Below are positions 1-14,304 of a stretch of DNA of 64,000 bases, piece after piece; the stretch's first letter is position 1; every line of letters begins with the position of its first letter. The DNA comes from Euglena gracilis (lineage: Eukaryota): the NCBI GenBank assembly GCA_039621445.1, contig CP154954.1:32651455-32715454 (forward strand), read 5' to 3'. Under the pieces are notes generated by a model. That model saw only the letters and a program-made list of their open reading frames with translations, ran no database searches and was not told the DNA's origin. The position numbers were made by a program, and so were the translations under genes.

Positions 1-1654
1 TTGCAAAATGTCACAAAGATAATTCTTCGTTTGATTTCAGTCCCCTCCCGTTCGATACTGCTTTTGCTCCACCTGTCGGTGCTCCCAAAGAGGTGAGACG
101 GCATATAAGTGGAGAGGGTCTGCAGACAGCTATGTCAGTTTTTCACCTGAAATCCAATAATGATCCTGAAAATGTGTCTTTGAAATCGTCATTTTTTAAA
201 ACCTGCCAGGCTTTCTCCCTTAAATCTGAAGCCAAGAAGCACAGTGCTGCGCAAAAAAGAGAGGCGATTGGGCAACACGGATGATACAAATGGGAGGAAA
301 GCAACTCAGCCGTCTGGCTGCCATCAGCGCACAAAGTTATCGTGGCTGGAGCCCAATGGCTCCAGCCCCCCCCCCTTTGCTGACATGCAAGCACAAAGCC
401 AGTGCAGCGCTTGCTTGGCCCCCCTTCCATACATACAGCAAAAATGACCTGCAAAATATTTACTTTCTTTGATTACACAATTGTGCTGTTTGCAAAACTA
501 CACCTTTGAAGTATAAATAAATGTCAAAATGTCAAAATATCAGCAAATAAAATATAAAAAAATTTGTGTTAAGTGCTGCTTGTGGATACAAACAGCAAAA
601 TACAGGGGCGAAATGGGGTTTTAAAAACAATTGGCTAAGTGAAAAATTGGGGCTGAAAAAAATTGGCAGTTCTGTCAAAATGGCAGAAAATATATCTGGA
701 GGTCTCGGCAAAATCTGATAGAGAATTTCGGAGGGCTTCCCAAAAGGACATAAAAACCTTGAAGATTTGTGGACAAAAAGCAATGAATATTAAACTTTGT
801 TTAGTTAATGACATGGGGGGGAAATGATTTTTCAAAACGTGTCGGATAGCTTTGGAGGATTTTGGCCATGGGAAAAATTTTGAAGGATTTCGCTTTGTCA
901 ATTTTGTCCATCCCAATTTTTGTACAACTCCAATCCCCCCCCTCTGGTAACCATTCCGTGTTGTGTGTTGCACCAGCTAAAGGAAATTGCTGAACTTGTG
1001 GGATTCCCTCTCTCAACTGGCAAGAGACCATTGCACATCTCCTGCTGGACTTTGGGAGAAATGCATACCGCAATGCGTAATGCTCACACCTCAAAAATGA
1101 GATTTGCACAGCCAGCAAACAATGTGAATGAATATGCTATCACTTTTTACCGGGGGGGGGGGGCATCTTAAGCAATGGCATGATCTCATTCGCCCCAGGG
1201 GTGCCAATATCCAGAACCAAAACCCCTGCCCCGGCGGCACAAATCGTGGACAACGGGACTTTCGGCAACTTTATCACTGTTGGGCACAACAATTACAAAA
1301 ATTCGAGTTGGTCGAGACGACAAAATTATGCAAAATCACAAGTTGAAGCAACTTTTTAAAAGAAACTTAAATCACATGGTGTGATGTTTACGTTGCTGTG
1401 TGTTTTTTGAGACCTGAAAATCATCATGGGGCACAACTAGCAGTTAGCTTTTAACGCTGTCCCATGTCGCTGAACGCTGTGCTGAAGTCTGACCTTTTCA
1501 TTTTTCCAGTTCTGCACCCCCTTTCCAGTTTGTTTTGAAGCATTCTCATTTCAGGGGTTCCTATTCTGAGGGGTTCTCATTTATTTATTTACGGGGTTCT
1601 GATTTGGGGGATGTTATTCGGGGGGAGCTCGGGGATAACATCGCAAGGTGGCAC

Positions 1655-3735
1655 CGTTTGGCGGCGGCCTCTTTGCTCGCTGGGGGCGACGCTGCAACGT
1701 GCCCAGCAGGGCTGAGAGGGGAGGGGGCAGGGGCGGCAAGCCAAGGCCACCGCCAGCCCTGCCCGGGGTCCGGCGGGGCCTTTCGTCGCGGTGCGGCCGC
1801 CGGGGTCGCGGGGGGGCGACCGAGGCGTTGCGCCATGCCTCGGCCGGGAAGTGGCCTGGGGAGGCAAGGTGGATGCCACAGCCCACCCCCAGCCCATGTG
1901 ATTTGCGATGCACAATGTTAAATCCCCCCAAATAACGTTGCAGTGCCCTAAAACTTTACGATCCCGAATGACTTTGCAGGAGAAAGCCAAAAAAGATCGG
2001 TCCAAATAACTTTGCCCTGCCCCCTTTAGAAGGAAAAAAGTGCAAAACAATGCATCTTTTTGGGAAATCAGGAGGTGGCAAGCACAAAGAATTATCTCAA
2101 AGGAGTTGATGCTTTATTATTTGATGAATAGAAGCATTAAATTGCAAACATTAATGAACAGCAAATGACAACAAATTTCTTCAAAGAAATGTGGTGAATT
2201 GGTGCATCAATGGTTTTGGGTGCTGCCCAAATAACTTTGCAGGGGTCCGGGCCAAAAAGATCCGTCCACTAACTTTGCAGGGGGCACAGTTATTTGGGGG
2301 GGGGGGAGGGGGGTACTATAGACTTTAACAGTTACAGACTTTTGTTTGCCAAATATTTTGTCATTTTGTGCAACTGTGCAGTGGAATATGACAAGCGGTG
2401 AGAGGCTGCATCATCTTCCCCTTCTTCCCCCGTCAATCAATATTACCGGTGTCACACATGACACTGAATAAAATGAAACTCTCCAAACTTTTTTCTGTTT
2501 ACATAAAGATTTCACGGGTGGAGCTCCCCTCACCCTGTGGGCCTCCAGCGTTGTGCCACAGATCGTGCCCAACAGCGGTGGCCCATCCTCACACCAGTGG
2601 CGGAGGGGTCAGCGGAAGGGCAGCCACGCTGGCACAGGCAGGTCTGAGAGCTGCCGGCTGGTCCGCGAGCGCCATGACGCCGACGGGGGAGGAGGCCCCG
2701 CCCGCGACGCTGCAGAGGGACGAAGGGAACGCCCCCCCCCCCATGCAGCGGAGCCCAAAAAATAAAAAGGGTCAGCCAGCCGGGGCTGCGCGAGATATGA
2801 TTCCGGGGGGGGGGGTCACCAGCTCTGTGGCGGGGGGGGGGGGAACCCAGGGGGGGGGGGCACATGCCATGGAACCGCGGGGTGGTGGAGCCGTTGGAGG
2901 GGCGCCGCTCCGCCACCAGCTCCGCCAGGGGCAGCGACAGCTTCCGCTGGATGGGCGACTTCGCTGCCAGGTCCCTGGCCCCCGGACCTGCAACGGGCGG
3001 GAGGAAGGAGGGAAAGGCAACGGTTGCTCTGGTTCGTGAATGCCGGCCGGCGGTGCGTGGACCTTTTGATCGTGCCCCACCCGAAGCATCGCCACAACCC
3101 GGTGTGCCGAGAGGTTGTGTCCAAGCGCAGCACAACTTTCCAGGCCCCAGTGGTCCGAGGGGCGGGGGGTTGCCTTGGGAGGTATGCAGGAAGTTCGGTC
3201 AAGGTCGCTGGAAACAAGACTGAGAAGCTGCTGTTTTTTCAAGTCCCAAGAAGCCTGCCTTTCGCCAACTGGTTTTTTCATGGAGCAGGACACTCTGTTG
3301 GCTTCTTGTGCCCTGCTTGACTGGGTTTGTGCGTGCCAGTGGGTATTCTTACAGTTGTGGTTTCTCCCAGTTGAATGTTGAGTCTTAACCAGGCCGACCC
3401 AAACGACTTTGCACTCCACATCGGAAGCAGCGTCACTCAAGGAGGCTGCCAAAATGTCGACAGGTGGTGCAGAAAATGCCCCAATGGCGTGCAGGGCGAG
3501 TTGTCAATAGATTTATGAAGGGAGGCAACTTCCCTCATGCCTGACCTTTGAGTTTTTGGATTCTGTTCCGCACCGAACAGCCGGAAGAATGGTGCATTCA
3601 TTGGAAAGTGATTGTTTTGGCTGTCCCATGAGTGAGATGTCTACCTTTGCTGTGTCAGCCCAGATAGGGGCGAAGTTATTTGGACAAATCTGTTTGGCCT
3701 TCCACCCTGTCAACCCCCAATCTGTTTGGCCTTCC

Positions 3736-3815
<80 letters not shown>

Positions 3816-6800
3816 ACACCCACACACCCCCCCCCCCCCCCCCCCCCCACCCCCCCCCCCCCCCCCACCCCCCCCCCCCCCCCAAAATAAGACCCCCCTC
3901 TGGGCCGATCGAGCAAAAATCCAAAAATAAGACCCCCCCCCCATAAATAAGACCCCCCCTGACGGCGCGAAGCGCCGGGGACGGTGAAAATTTTCCCTGA
4001 GAAATTGCCAAAAACCCAAATTTCACACACGAAAATGATGAAATTTCAAAAAATTTCAGATTCTTGAAGTGCAAAAAACATGCTAAATGTCAACTTACAC
4101 AAATTTACACATGGCGCGAAGCGCTGAAGGAAAATTTTTAGTGTTTTTGGGAACCTGAAAAATGATTTTTTTTTTCAGGCCCGGGTCGGTCAAGAAAAAA
4201 TCCAAAAATAAGACCCCCCCCCCAAAATAAGACCCCCCCCTGGAGGTTTCCAGCAACGGACCCAAAAATAAGACCCGGGTCTTATTTTTTTGGGGGGGGT
4301 TTAATGTGACCCAGGCAGGCAACCCAAGAGGGCACTGGTGGTTCACGTGGTGCTACACTGCATTACCTTGCACACTTCACACACTGCACTGCACTACATT
4401 CTGTGACGTGAACACATAAGGCTTGAAGATCTCTCCCATCCAAAGTAACACACACCAATGCATTCATCAAGACATTATGTTCAAAAACTGAGCCCTCCTG
4501 CAGAGTGCTGAAAACAGAGCGAGGGGTTCGACCCGTGCTGCGAGGGACGGCTGTGCTCCTCACCGCCCAGCTGTCCTCCACGTAGCGCACGGACTGGCCA
4601 GGGCCGTCCCCAGGGGCCCTCCGGAGGTCGGGGGAGCGGCCGGGGAGGTCGAAGCTGGCTGAGCCGTGGGCCATCCCTACCCCTGCAGAGGTTGTGTGTG
4701 CACACAAGGGAAAACACGCAACACACGTGCGCGCATGCACACTCAAGCACGCACGAACACAGACAAACACACACAGCACACACAACACACACACACACAC
4801 ACACAACACACACACACACACACAACACACACACAACACACGCTCTTGCATTTAAGTGCACTGTGAGCTTGCAGTTGTTCAGTGGGTTGCAGGGACTTGG
4901 GCAGGCACCTCTCGCACTGCCCAGCACCCGGGGCGTCCGGCAGTCCTCTGCAGGCCGCGGGGAGATGAGGGCGACACGGGGGGTCTCCAGGACCCGGGCC
5001 GACGGCCGCGCCGCCACCACCGCTTCAGGGCCGCCGCCTGCGGACGAGGGGGCAGAGGCAGCCAAGGCATGACGAATGCCGCCGGGCTTTGATGGGTCGG
5101 CAGGGGGGGGGGGGGGCAACATGGACCCTCAAAAAAGGCGACACAAAAAAACACACAAAAAAAAACGCAAAGGGTTAGAGCGAAAGTGGTCGTCAACTCG
5201 CTTTGCGAAGGGGGGATTTGGAGCAGAATTGCAGTCGCAGTTGCAGTTGCAGAAATTGAAGTCTCGGCCAAAACGCAGAGAAAATTTGTAAGGATTTTGT
5301 TCCGCCAGTTTTTCCCAGTTCTGTTCATTTCCAATTTTTTCCCATCTGCATTCATTTGCCATTCTCAACCATCTCATTTTCAACCGCCACAGTGACCCAC
5401 TTTCAAAAGCAAAGCCATGAACACTTTACACGGCACGGCCACGCCTGAAGCGGGCTGCTGCCCCCGGCTCGACAAGGGGCGGGGGGCCCACTGCGCGGCA
5501 GCGGCCGGGCCCTCCTCCGGGCGGTACAGCACCGCCGGCCGGGGGGAGGCGAGGGCGGGCATCGACTGGGCCCGCGGCATGTCCCCCGCCGGCGGCCCTC
5601 CTGAGGCCGGGCGGCACGCTGCTCCTCGGGGGGGGGGGGCAACCCTACAGGGCCCTTGTCGAAAAGCTCTGCTGCTGTCCCGGGACAGTCAACGGATACT
5701 CCTCAGGAAGGATGGCCGAGGAAAGTGAGCAGAGATGATGGCCCATTGCCCAAAACCGGCAAAAAAAATGCGGTGGTCTGCCATTTTGATCTCGACCCAT
5801 TTGAGCCCTGGACGTCCTTCGGTGAAAGGGAAAAAAAAAACTCCAGCCCTTGCAGCAGGCTGACGGCCGCCAAATTGCGGGCACACCAATTTCGAAGCGG
5901 GGCGGCAGGGTTGGAACCCAAACCCCACCATATGGCTCCTCAGCACCCGATGCAAAACAGGCCACTCCGTGGGACCCTGCACAAAAACCCTCGGATCACC
6001 CCCCAGGACAAAGGGACAGCTCGGAGGAGGGCTCTTTTCTGGGTCATTTTCTTTGTGCAGGGGGGGGGGGCAGAATGTGGACCTTGGAAGAACAAGCTTG
6101 ACAAAAATGCAAAACTCAAGTTGGACTCAATGCGCTTTGGGGGTAAGTCAGGCGTAACAAAAATGTTGAAAGCCTTGATTTTTTTTGTAATTTGGGAGCA
6201 TACCGCCTCTAAAAGAGAGTGCTGTCAAAAACAATACAACAACATCTGATTGAAAAAGTCAGGGCAAAATAAAAATTTGGTCCAAAATGTGGAATTTTTC
6301 TGAAGCAAAACCATAGAATTCGAAAAATTGCCAGCAAAAAAACCCACAACAACAAGCGCAAAGCAAAATTGCAATTAAACCTGTGGAGTGAGGGATCAAG
6401 GGATTCCCCTAACACATTTGACACACATTTAGCTCAATACCGATCCCCACTGGGGGAAAAGGGGGGGGGGGGGGGCTTTGAAGGCAACAGAGGACAGCAA
6501 AGAAAAAAGGTGGGAACAACAAAAAGTAGTTGTTTGCGAAGGAGTGGACAGGAACAAGAGCACAGTCACAAGTCTGTAACACATTTGACCAACCAAACCA
6601 CCCAAAATTGTATGCACAAGAAAAAAATGGAACCGATGCTTCGAAAATCCTTGAAGTTTGGATTGCAATTTTTTGCCAGAAAACCTGAGAAAAGTCAAGC
6701 ATTTTTCCCAGTGAAATTTGAGCTTGAATCCAACGTCCGAAACTAGCATCCAGGTTGCTGCCGAAAAGTTTGGTTTCATGGAAACGATGTAGAAAAATTT

Positions 6801-9800
6801 TTTGGAGATCGCTTTTCAAACTTTCCTTTTCTGTGATGAGAAACCATGCGGGGAGCATGTCCTTGAACAACCCCCCCCAACAAAAGCCCCTGCAGCCAAC
6901 AGAGCACGCACCAAACACCTGCGGGGGTTGGCTTGGAGTGGAAGTACTTGGACGCGTCCGTCGCGGCGGCGGGGGAGGCGGCGGGCTGGATGGTCCGCAA
7001 CACACGGGGGCTGGCGGCCGCGGCGTCCGGCCGCGGCGTGCGCAGCGCGGCGCCGTCCCCGGGCAGCGTCCGCGGGGTGGCGGTCCGGGGCGTCTGGGTT
7101 GGGGCTGTGGGGGAGAGTGGGGGGGAGCAGCAGCCCTGCATGCGTCTGACACGGTCCCTGGGGCTTATTTTATTATTTTATCATTTTAGCCCAATAATTT
7201 CCTTTTGGAGATATTCTGAAATTTTCGATTTTTTTGACCCGGAAATGGCCAAATGGGTAGCAAAATGTGGCAGGGGATCCCTGTCCTGTCACATCACCTC
7301 ATCGTGGCACCAGGTTGAAGGGAGTGCGCCAGAAACACGGCAAAGGATGTGGCATTTGATTTTTTGGAAAAATTGATTCGGTGACGGTCAATCGAAATTA
7401 ATTGATCCATGCCCCTTATGACGGGGGTTTTCGGAATTTCGCGACCATCCTTGCCCCCCCCCCTATTTGCCCCCCCTATTAGCCCCCCCCCCTGATTGGC
7501 AAATTGTCGAGATGGGCCAATTTCAGCAAGACCGCGAAAAAGCTCAGAAAACCTCCAAAAAAGCTCGTTTCGAAAATTCAACTGCATCACAGAGGAATGA
7601 AGGGGACCGGCCAGCCAGTAAAACCTCCCCTAACAAGGGCGCAGTGCCCGAATAAGTGCGCACCCCCCAAGGGTCTGAAACTACCTCCCTAAAAATGTGC
7701 ACCCCCCCAAGGAGAAGTCGCTGTCACATCTCAGGTCTGAAAAGCACACACAACCTTCAGAACTGTCCTTCTCAGACCAAATACTCCTGTCATCATAATC
7801 GCTTGATTCATTGCTTGACATCACAAAATAGATGGAAAATTGAAAAGAGTGGGGGAATAGTCAGTATTTTCGGCTTTGCCCTAATAAGTGCGCACCGCTT
7901 GGGGTCCGAAACTACGTCCTTGAATGTGCGCACCCGTGCACTTATTAGGGGGGGCGGTTTCCAGGGGTTCCAGAGTTTCTGAATCTCTGACAGCACCGCG
8001 GGGGAAGTGCGGTGGCCATGTGCCAGGGACACTCGGGCTACGTTCAACGTGAGCAATCCACATTCGGATTCTGAACGGGGAACTGTCCTGGCTTGAGGGC
8101 GGTGCAAGAGGGCCGGGAACCTCACCCCTGCCCCTCCCCACTGATGGAACCATGTCCCTAAAACCTCCACAGTGAAAAAGAAAACAAAGGAGCTATCCCA
8201 GCGAGGCATATTGACAACGGGTGAAATGAAACGCCTCTCACTTCGTCGACGCATCGACAATCCGTCTCGGGCTCAAAAGGACGTTGACCCGTCAGATCCC
8301 GGATCGACTCCAGGTCACCCCTTGCTGGACATTTGGTCAAGAGACGATCCTGAGGGTCGGTACTCAGGACCAAAAAAAAAACAGCACAAAGACTTCCCGA
8401 TGCTGAGAGCACAGAATTATGCCGCCAACCCCCTGCCCACCAGCCAGGAACCGAACCGTTCTGCTTCAGAATCAAACCATCCAAACAGCAAAGCAAACAC
8501 ACAATTTCACATTACGGCGGAACCCAAAACGAAGTGCTATGCTTATGTCACGTAAAGCGCAGTCCCATCTGCTCACAAATGCTTGTTGAGAACTTGGAAC
8601 ACCCAGTTGCTCCATATTTGCAGTGGGAAAGTCGCTCAGAGCAATTGCGGATGGAGACTTTGAAGAATGGCCAAAGAGCAGAAGGAGTGCAACAAAGAAG
8701 AGAAAGGGGAGCACGGCAGAACAACGCACCGGTGGTCGCCCGCTGCGCCGCACTGGCCCCCCGCTCCACGCGCGGCTGGGACGCCGAGCGGTGTGGGAAC
8801 CGCGCCCGGCCGGAGTCCCTCGGGTCCAGCGCCCAGGCGGAGGGCGCAGGCTCCGTCGCTGAAGACATGGGACAGAAAGGCACCGAACACAACAGGATGG
8901 GGGGCCCAGCAGGCAGGGCAGTCCTTAAGCAGACAAAAAAAAACTCTGCTGCCAAAACATATTCAAATGAAAAATCATGCAAAACTCGTGCAAAAAAAAA
9001 TTGCAAAATCCACTGGAAAGATGGAGGAAAATGGCTGTACTTTGGCGAAAACGGGTCAACTTCGGGGTAAAAAGCGATGTCTGGCATCCTTGGACCAACA
9101 CCCCACCCACCCAAAAAGTCAAAACGTGTGTTTTTCGACTTTTTAAAAATTCGACCCTGTTCCAGCCCCAGAACCGCCCTTGGCCGGCCCTTGGGCCTCA
9201 AGGCGGTCCTTGAGGGGCGGTTCTTAACAGGGAAAAAAAGAAGATCCCGTCCCTTGTGGACCGCCATGCCAACGGGTGAGCAGCAGCCGTCGGATGCTGT
9301 GCAGGGTGGGATTCCTCGTAAACCCCCGAATAATAAAAGGTAGGGAAATGCATTGCAGAGAGCAAAGGGTTGTTCACTGAGTGGAAACTTCAGACAATTT
9401 CAGGCGTGCAATGTTGGAGGGGTGCTGCGTGAATAAAAAACCCACCACGCCAGTTCCCCGGCAACGCCGTTCCGTTCCGTTTCGCCAAACCCAATCCGTC
9501 CCGTCCCCCCCACCCCAGCGCCACCGGACGGGACAGCGGGCACCGCCACCCCCGCCACACCCGGCGGGGGCGGGCCGGGGCTGGGGGGCGGCGGCGGCGG
9601 CGGCGGCGGCGGTGGTGCGGTGCCGACAACGGTGGCGCCCTGCAGCCTGGGGTGGGGGTGGCCGATCTCGGCGGCGGTCACGGTGCCGCCGTGCGTCGCC
9701 TGCGGCCGGGGCGGCGGGGCCCCGCCCGCCGGCCCCCGCGGCGCCGGCGGGGGACTGACGGCGGCCGCATCGCCGCCGTCGGGGGCCGCCCGTGGCGACG

Positions 9801-12774
9801 CCCCACTGCGGACCGGGAGGGCAGCTTAAGGACCCCCCAGGGGGGTCCAGCTCAGAGGCGGAAAGTTTGGGTTGGCTGGAAAAAGGCTGGGTGACCCCCC
9901 CCTCCCCCATGGCGGCCCCAGGGCTGGAACTGGGCCCGACTGGGGGTCGAACCCGGTACCAAAAAAAAATCGAACCTGCAAAAACGTCCAAAAAAAACTG
10001 CCAATTAGGTTTAAAAAAAATCGATTTTTTGACCCCAAAATTAAATCCCCTGGACAGCTATTTTCCAACCCGTTTTCGCCCATTTTTGGCCCATTTTTGC
10101 CTGTCCTAAATCCGTTGCATAAATAAATATCCGTCAAATTCGTCAAACTCGTTGATGTGGGGGAGGGGGGGGCGAGGCTGGAATGGACCCCCCCTGGATG
10201 GTGGATCAAATTCTCGTAAGCAACAACGCCCTACTGGAGGGGCCCTGTCGTGGTGCCGGAATCACTGCATTCCTTTTCTTTTCTCTTTTTTTTTATCTTT
10301 CTCTCTTTCCTTTTGTTCCTACATCAACAGGGAATGTTAGAATGCTGAAAAAGCACCAAAAATGAATTTGCGTGAATTTGGAGAGGGTTCTTGTTGGGTT
10401 GATGGTTTGGGGAAATGGGGAAGCCCGCACATGGCTTGGCCAGGTGTTCAGGGGGGAGGGCTTAAAATTTCAGACGGCTCCTGCATTCACTCCCTTCACG
10501 CACTTCACTTCAGACAGCTCCTTCACTTCTCCACCTCAAACAATAGCTTGGTTTTTGCGCCCCCAAAAACCCAGGCCGTGTTAGGGTATACGCATCCCAA
10601 ACACCTGCCCACCCCCCAAATCGGCTTGGCTCACTCAGGGACGTAGCCTGATAATAAACCAGACCATTTCGTGATGGATCTGGATAGTTTTAGGGGAAAA
10701 AGCATTTGACCCCCCCCCGTTCACACGGTTGCATGCCAAATTCTGTGCCTTCCAATCGGGTGACATCCTGACGATGCATCAGTTTATGTGTCGATCAGTG
10801 TGGCATCGGCTGTCGGGGGGCAGGGGGACCCAGGGCAAGGGGTTGGGGGGCTGATGAACGTGCCGGACCAGTGGCTCGACGGAGACAGGGAAGCGGTCAG
10901 TGTCTGCGTTGACGTGGCTTTGGCATGAGGCTATCAACATTGTACGGCTGTCTCACTCTGGCATTTTAATGCCATCGTTTGATTGTGTGCAGTTGGGAAA
11001 ACTTCCAATTTATTTTGAACCCTGCTCCCTCTTCGATGGAGCAGAAAGACATATGTGGAAAAAAAACTAGAAAATAAGTGCGAAAGAAAAACACTCTAAA
11101 ATTTGCAAAAAAAACAGACTCTTTGATAACCACCACTTAGCAACTGGGAAGGTGCCATGGGAAAGGCAACACGACTGGAAAAAATCTGGCCCTTAGTGCT
11201 TGAAAAGGGACATGGAAAAATTAAACATTATGTCACCAAATAGTACGTCATGTGAAGGGTTTCTGGTAGCTCAAAATTTTCGGGAATAACCCAAATAAAA
11301 GCAGACGACCTTCAAAGGAAGCTAATCGTTAAAAAGATGGGTAAAACCTGGGAAATGCTCATACGCACAGCAACAAAAAAGTTTTCACCCACCAGTTTCA
11401 AAAGTGTTCATACCCCCAAAATGACGGGGATGTTTAATTCAAGTAGAATTTTGTGCCAACTCTGCAGTGATTCGTCCCACAAGTCAATGTCAATGGATGG
11501 GGATGGGGTGCAATGAGGCTCTGCAGTGCAAGATTCACGAGCCGCTGTTTGGGGTGTACCGCCGATTGTTTGGGGTCTGAAGGGGACGACCACGAAAAGA
11601 TTTGCAACCCAGGGAGAGCGGCAGCTGCAGAATTGCAGGAGTAATTTTCTGAACGCAAAATACATTGCTCACGTCCGATGGCGCGACACAAAGTAATGCT
11701 CCTGCAAATTTCGTCCAAGAGTGGCTTGTATTGACCCAATATGAGGTGGGAACCTGCCCAAAGGTCCCATATCTGTCAATCCGTCACGGAAAACAAAAGG
11801 CAACGGTAGAGAAGCAGGGAAAATAACAGTGGATGCAACTGAAGCAATCATTTTTTTGCATCTGCCTTCGATTTAGCCCCCCCCCCCAAACTTCCCACAC
11901 AATGTGGCATATTGCTTTTTTTTCAAGGTTCTAATTTGGGCAGATTCCCACCTCATATTGGGTCAATTCAAGCCACTCTTGGACGAAATTTGCAGGAGAA
12001 TTATTTTGTGTCGCTCCATCGGACGTGAGCAATGTATTCTGCGTTCAGAAAATTACTCCTGCAATTCTGCGGCTGCCGCTCTCCCTGGGTTGCGATCTTA
12101 TTGTGGTCATCCCCTTCAGACCCCAAACAATCGGCGGTACACCCCAAACAGCGGCTCGTGAATCTTGCACTGTAGAGCCTCATTGCACCCCATCCCCATC
12201 CACTGGCTTGTGGGATGTGTAACTGCACAGCTGGGACAAAATCTTATGTGAAATGAAACATCCCCGTCATTTTTGGGGGTATGAAGGCTTTTGAAACTGG
12301 TGGGTATGAAAACTATCGTTGCTGTGTGTACAGGGCTTAGACATGGGGTAGGGAAAATGGCTTGGCACTGGACCCTTTCACCCCAACCTGTAGACGGCTT
12401 CCACCGCATACCGTTGAACTTCCAACCAATATCACACATTGCCAGGTACGCTTCCCTGTGTGGGCCATGGGATGGCTGCAGTTGCAAAGGCTGGCCACTG
12501 CCTTCAGCATCCACTACAGGGTGCGATGCCCCCTGGACAAGGCGCTGCCGAAAAAAAAAAGACTGCTCCAAATGCTGTGTTATAACCATCAATATCGAAA
12601 AGAATATGGCTGCACATTGGTCCTACTGACAAACTAGGCGCAACAAAGAGTCAGAGAGGATGCCATCACGTCCCTTCACGTTTTGCTCTTGAGAGGCGCC
12701 CCCTGGTCGACGAGGCTTTGGGGCTCCACGGCCGCCGATGGGGATGGGGGAACCGTTCCTGCTTCTGCCAGCGC
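1655..12774 (-). CDS. Probable Pro/Ala/Arg-rich tail exons of the kinesin gene (or of a downstream gene)
   Basis: GC-rich islands flanked by YAG acceptors and GT donors, mostly phase-compatible: ~12774-12680, ~9805-9525, 8858-8730, ~7104-6948, ~5599-5443, ~5085-4909, ~4682-4564, ~2986-2868, ~1855-1655. The product is low complexity with no recognisable domain, and linkage to the kinesin is inferred. Confidence 0.5.
3737..3883. repeat. ~145-nt poly-C tract
   Basis: Near-pure C run whose length is probably unreliable. Confidence 0.9.
11360..12330. repeat. Long inverted repeat (~400-bp arms, ~170-bp spacer)
   Basis: ~11360-11762 is the reverse complement of ~11935-12330. The ORF track shows near-identical peptides on opposite strands. 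Confidence 0.92.
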
Positions 12775-14138
12775 CTGGTGAGGAAGCCACACGGAGACAG
12801 AGGACTGATGGTCAAATGGCCTCATGCCTCCAACAAAGGGGAAACCAACCGCTGGGACCAGGATTGCTGGGAACCCCGACTGTGAAAACCCACTAATGCC
12901 ACCGCGTCTTAACTCTCCCAAATAGAAGACAACAAAGCATTGGCTCTTGCAATTTGGGCCAGCGGTGGCCAACATTAGCCGCAGCAACAATGGCGGCGAC
13001 AACACCAACCAGAACAACCACAGCAACGGAGGCAGCATGCCTCCGACTCTTCCACCGTGTCATCGCCGCGGGGGTCCAGCAACGCCTCATCTGTGGCTCC
13101 CAGCCCTTCATCTCCCCCAGGAGCATCCAATCGCTTACGGGTGCTGCATTTTGAGAGTGACTGCCTGGCTTCTTGGCCTGTGTATGTCTTCCAGCAGATG
13201 ACGTATGGTTTTGTTGGAACGCTTCCCCCCACCCCTCCAACAAAGCGACTCGAAAATGAAGGCCATTTTGGCAGGGATTCTTCGAAGGTCCAATGTGTAT
13301 TGTAAAACCGCCCCAGCCGACTGGATTTGGGACGGGACCGAAAGCGATTGCATGCTCAGGGGGCTCACCACATCCGACTGCGACCTATGCAGGTTGGGGG
13401 AAACGCAGCAACTCTGAGACTGCTTTCATCAGCAGCAGTTGAGGTTAGTACTTCGTCCAAAAAAGGACAAATTAGGAATGTCCAGGGTCCAGACATGTTT
13501 GTTTTACCCCCCAAAAAACTCAAAATGCCGTTGTTTTTGTAGATTTTAGGAGTAAATTGTGGATGGGCACTTCGTGGCCAAAGCTGAATTCATTTGGTAT
13601 TCAACCAGACACCGTTTCAGGCAGTGGACCCCGGCAACTTCCTTTTCTGACAGGCTGGGCAGTGTCTGGGACACAACATCTGGCTACCCCTGGGGTCAAT
13701 TTTTGGGATCCAAATGCTTTTCAGTGCTTCGCGCCAAAGAAAAAGAGGAAACCCCCTTGAAAAGATGACGACGACACACATCAAGATCTCACTTTCAGGC
13801 AAAAAATTGATTTCGGGTTCGACAAAATTCTCATTCAATTTATGTTTGCTTCGGTTCAGAATGTGCCGACTTTATGCCGACATTTTCAGGGGTGCTTCTG
13901 CTTCACACAAGGGTGGCAGGATTTTGGGCCCTTTCTAAAGAAGGATTTAAAACTGGGGGGGTACCCACTTGGCCCAACCCTCCACCCCCGGAAGGGGGTC
14001 CAGCAGACCCACCCACCCTCCCCCCCCCCGAGGGGGTCCGACCTTTAAAAATCCCTGGTCCGAATTTGATCAACTGCTCAGCATATCCGGCCGCTGCCAC
14101 TGCCACTGCCACACCTCCGGCCTCAAGGTGTCCTGCAC

Positions 14139-14265
14139 CTGGCGTTGCTCCAGGGCGGCCCGCTCCGCCTCCAGCTGCCGCCTCCTGTAACCCGGCGGTC
14201 CCCGTCGCAAAGCACCCAGCGCCAAAATCAACACCAGCACACAGTGAGGTGACAAATGGGCCGGT

Positions 14266-14304
<39 letters not shown>

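Noticed and set aside
3513-4074. Poly-Gly/poly-Pro ORFs
   Set aside because: They are translations of the poly-C tract and an adjacent MITE, not coding sequence.
8472-8753. Apparent signal-anchor ORF (MRRSGRPP...FLFFVALLLL)
   Set aside because: It starts at GTG, and the hydrophobic part lies just after a gtgcgt donor in pyrimidine-rich intron sequence.
10783-10930. Possible terminal kinesin exon (PHAKATSTQT...IDT*)
   Set aside because: Its phase does not match the preceding GT donor and the peptide is low complexity, so it is left unassigned.
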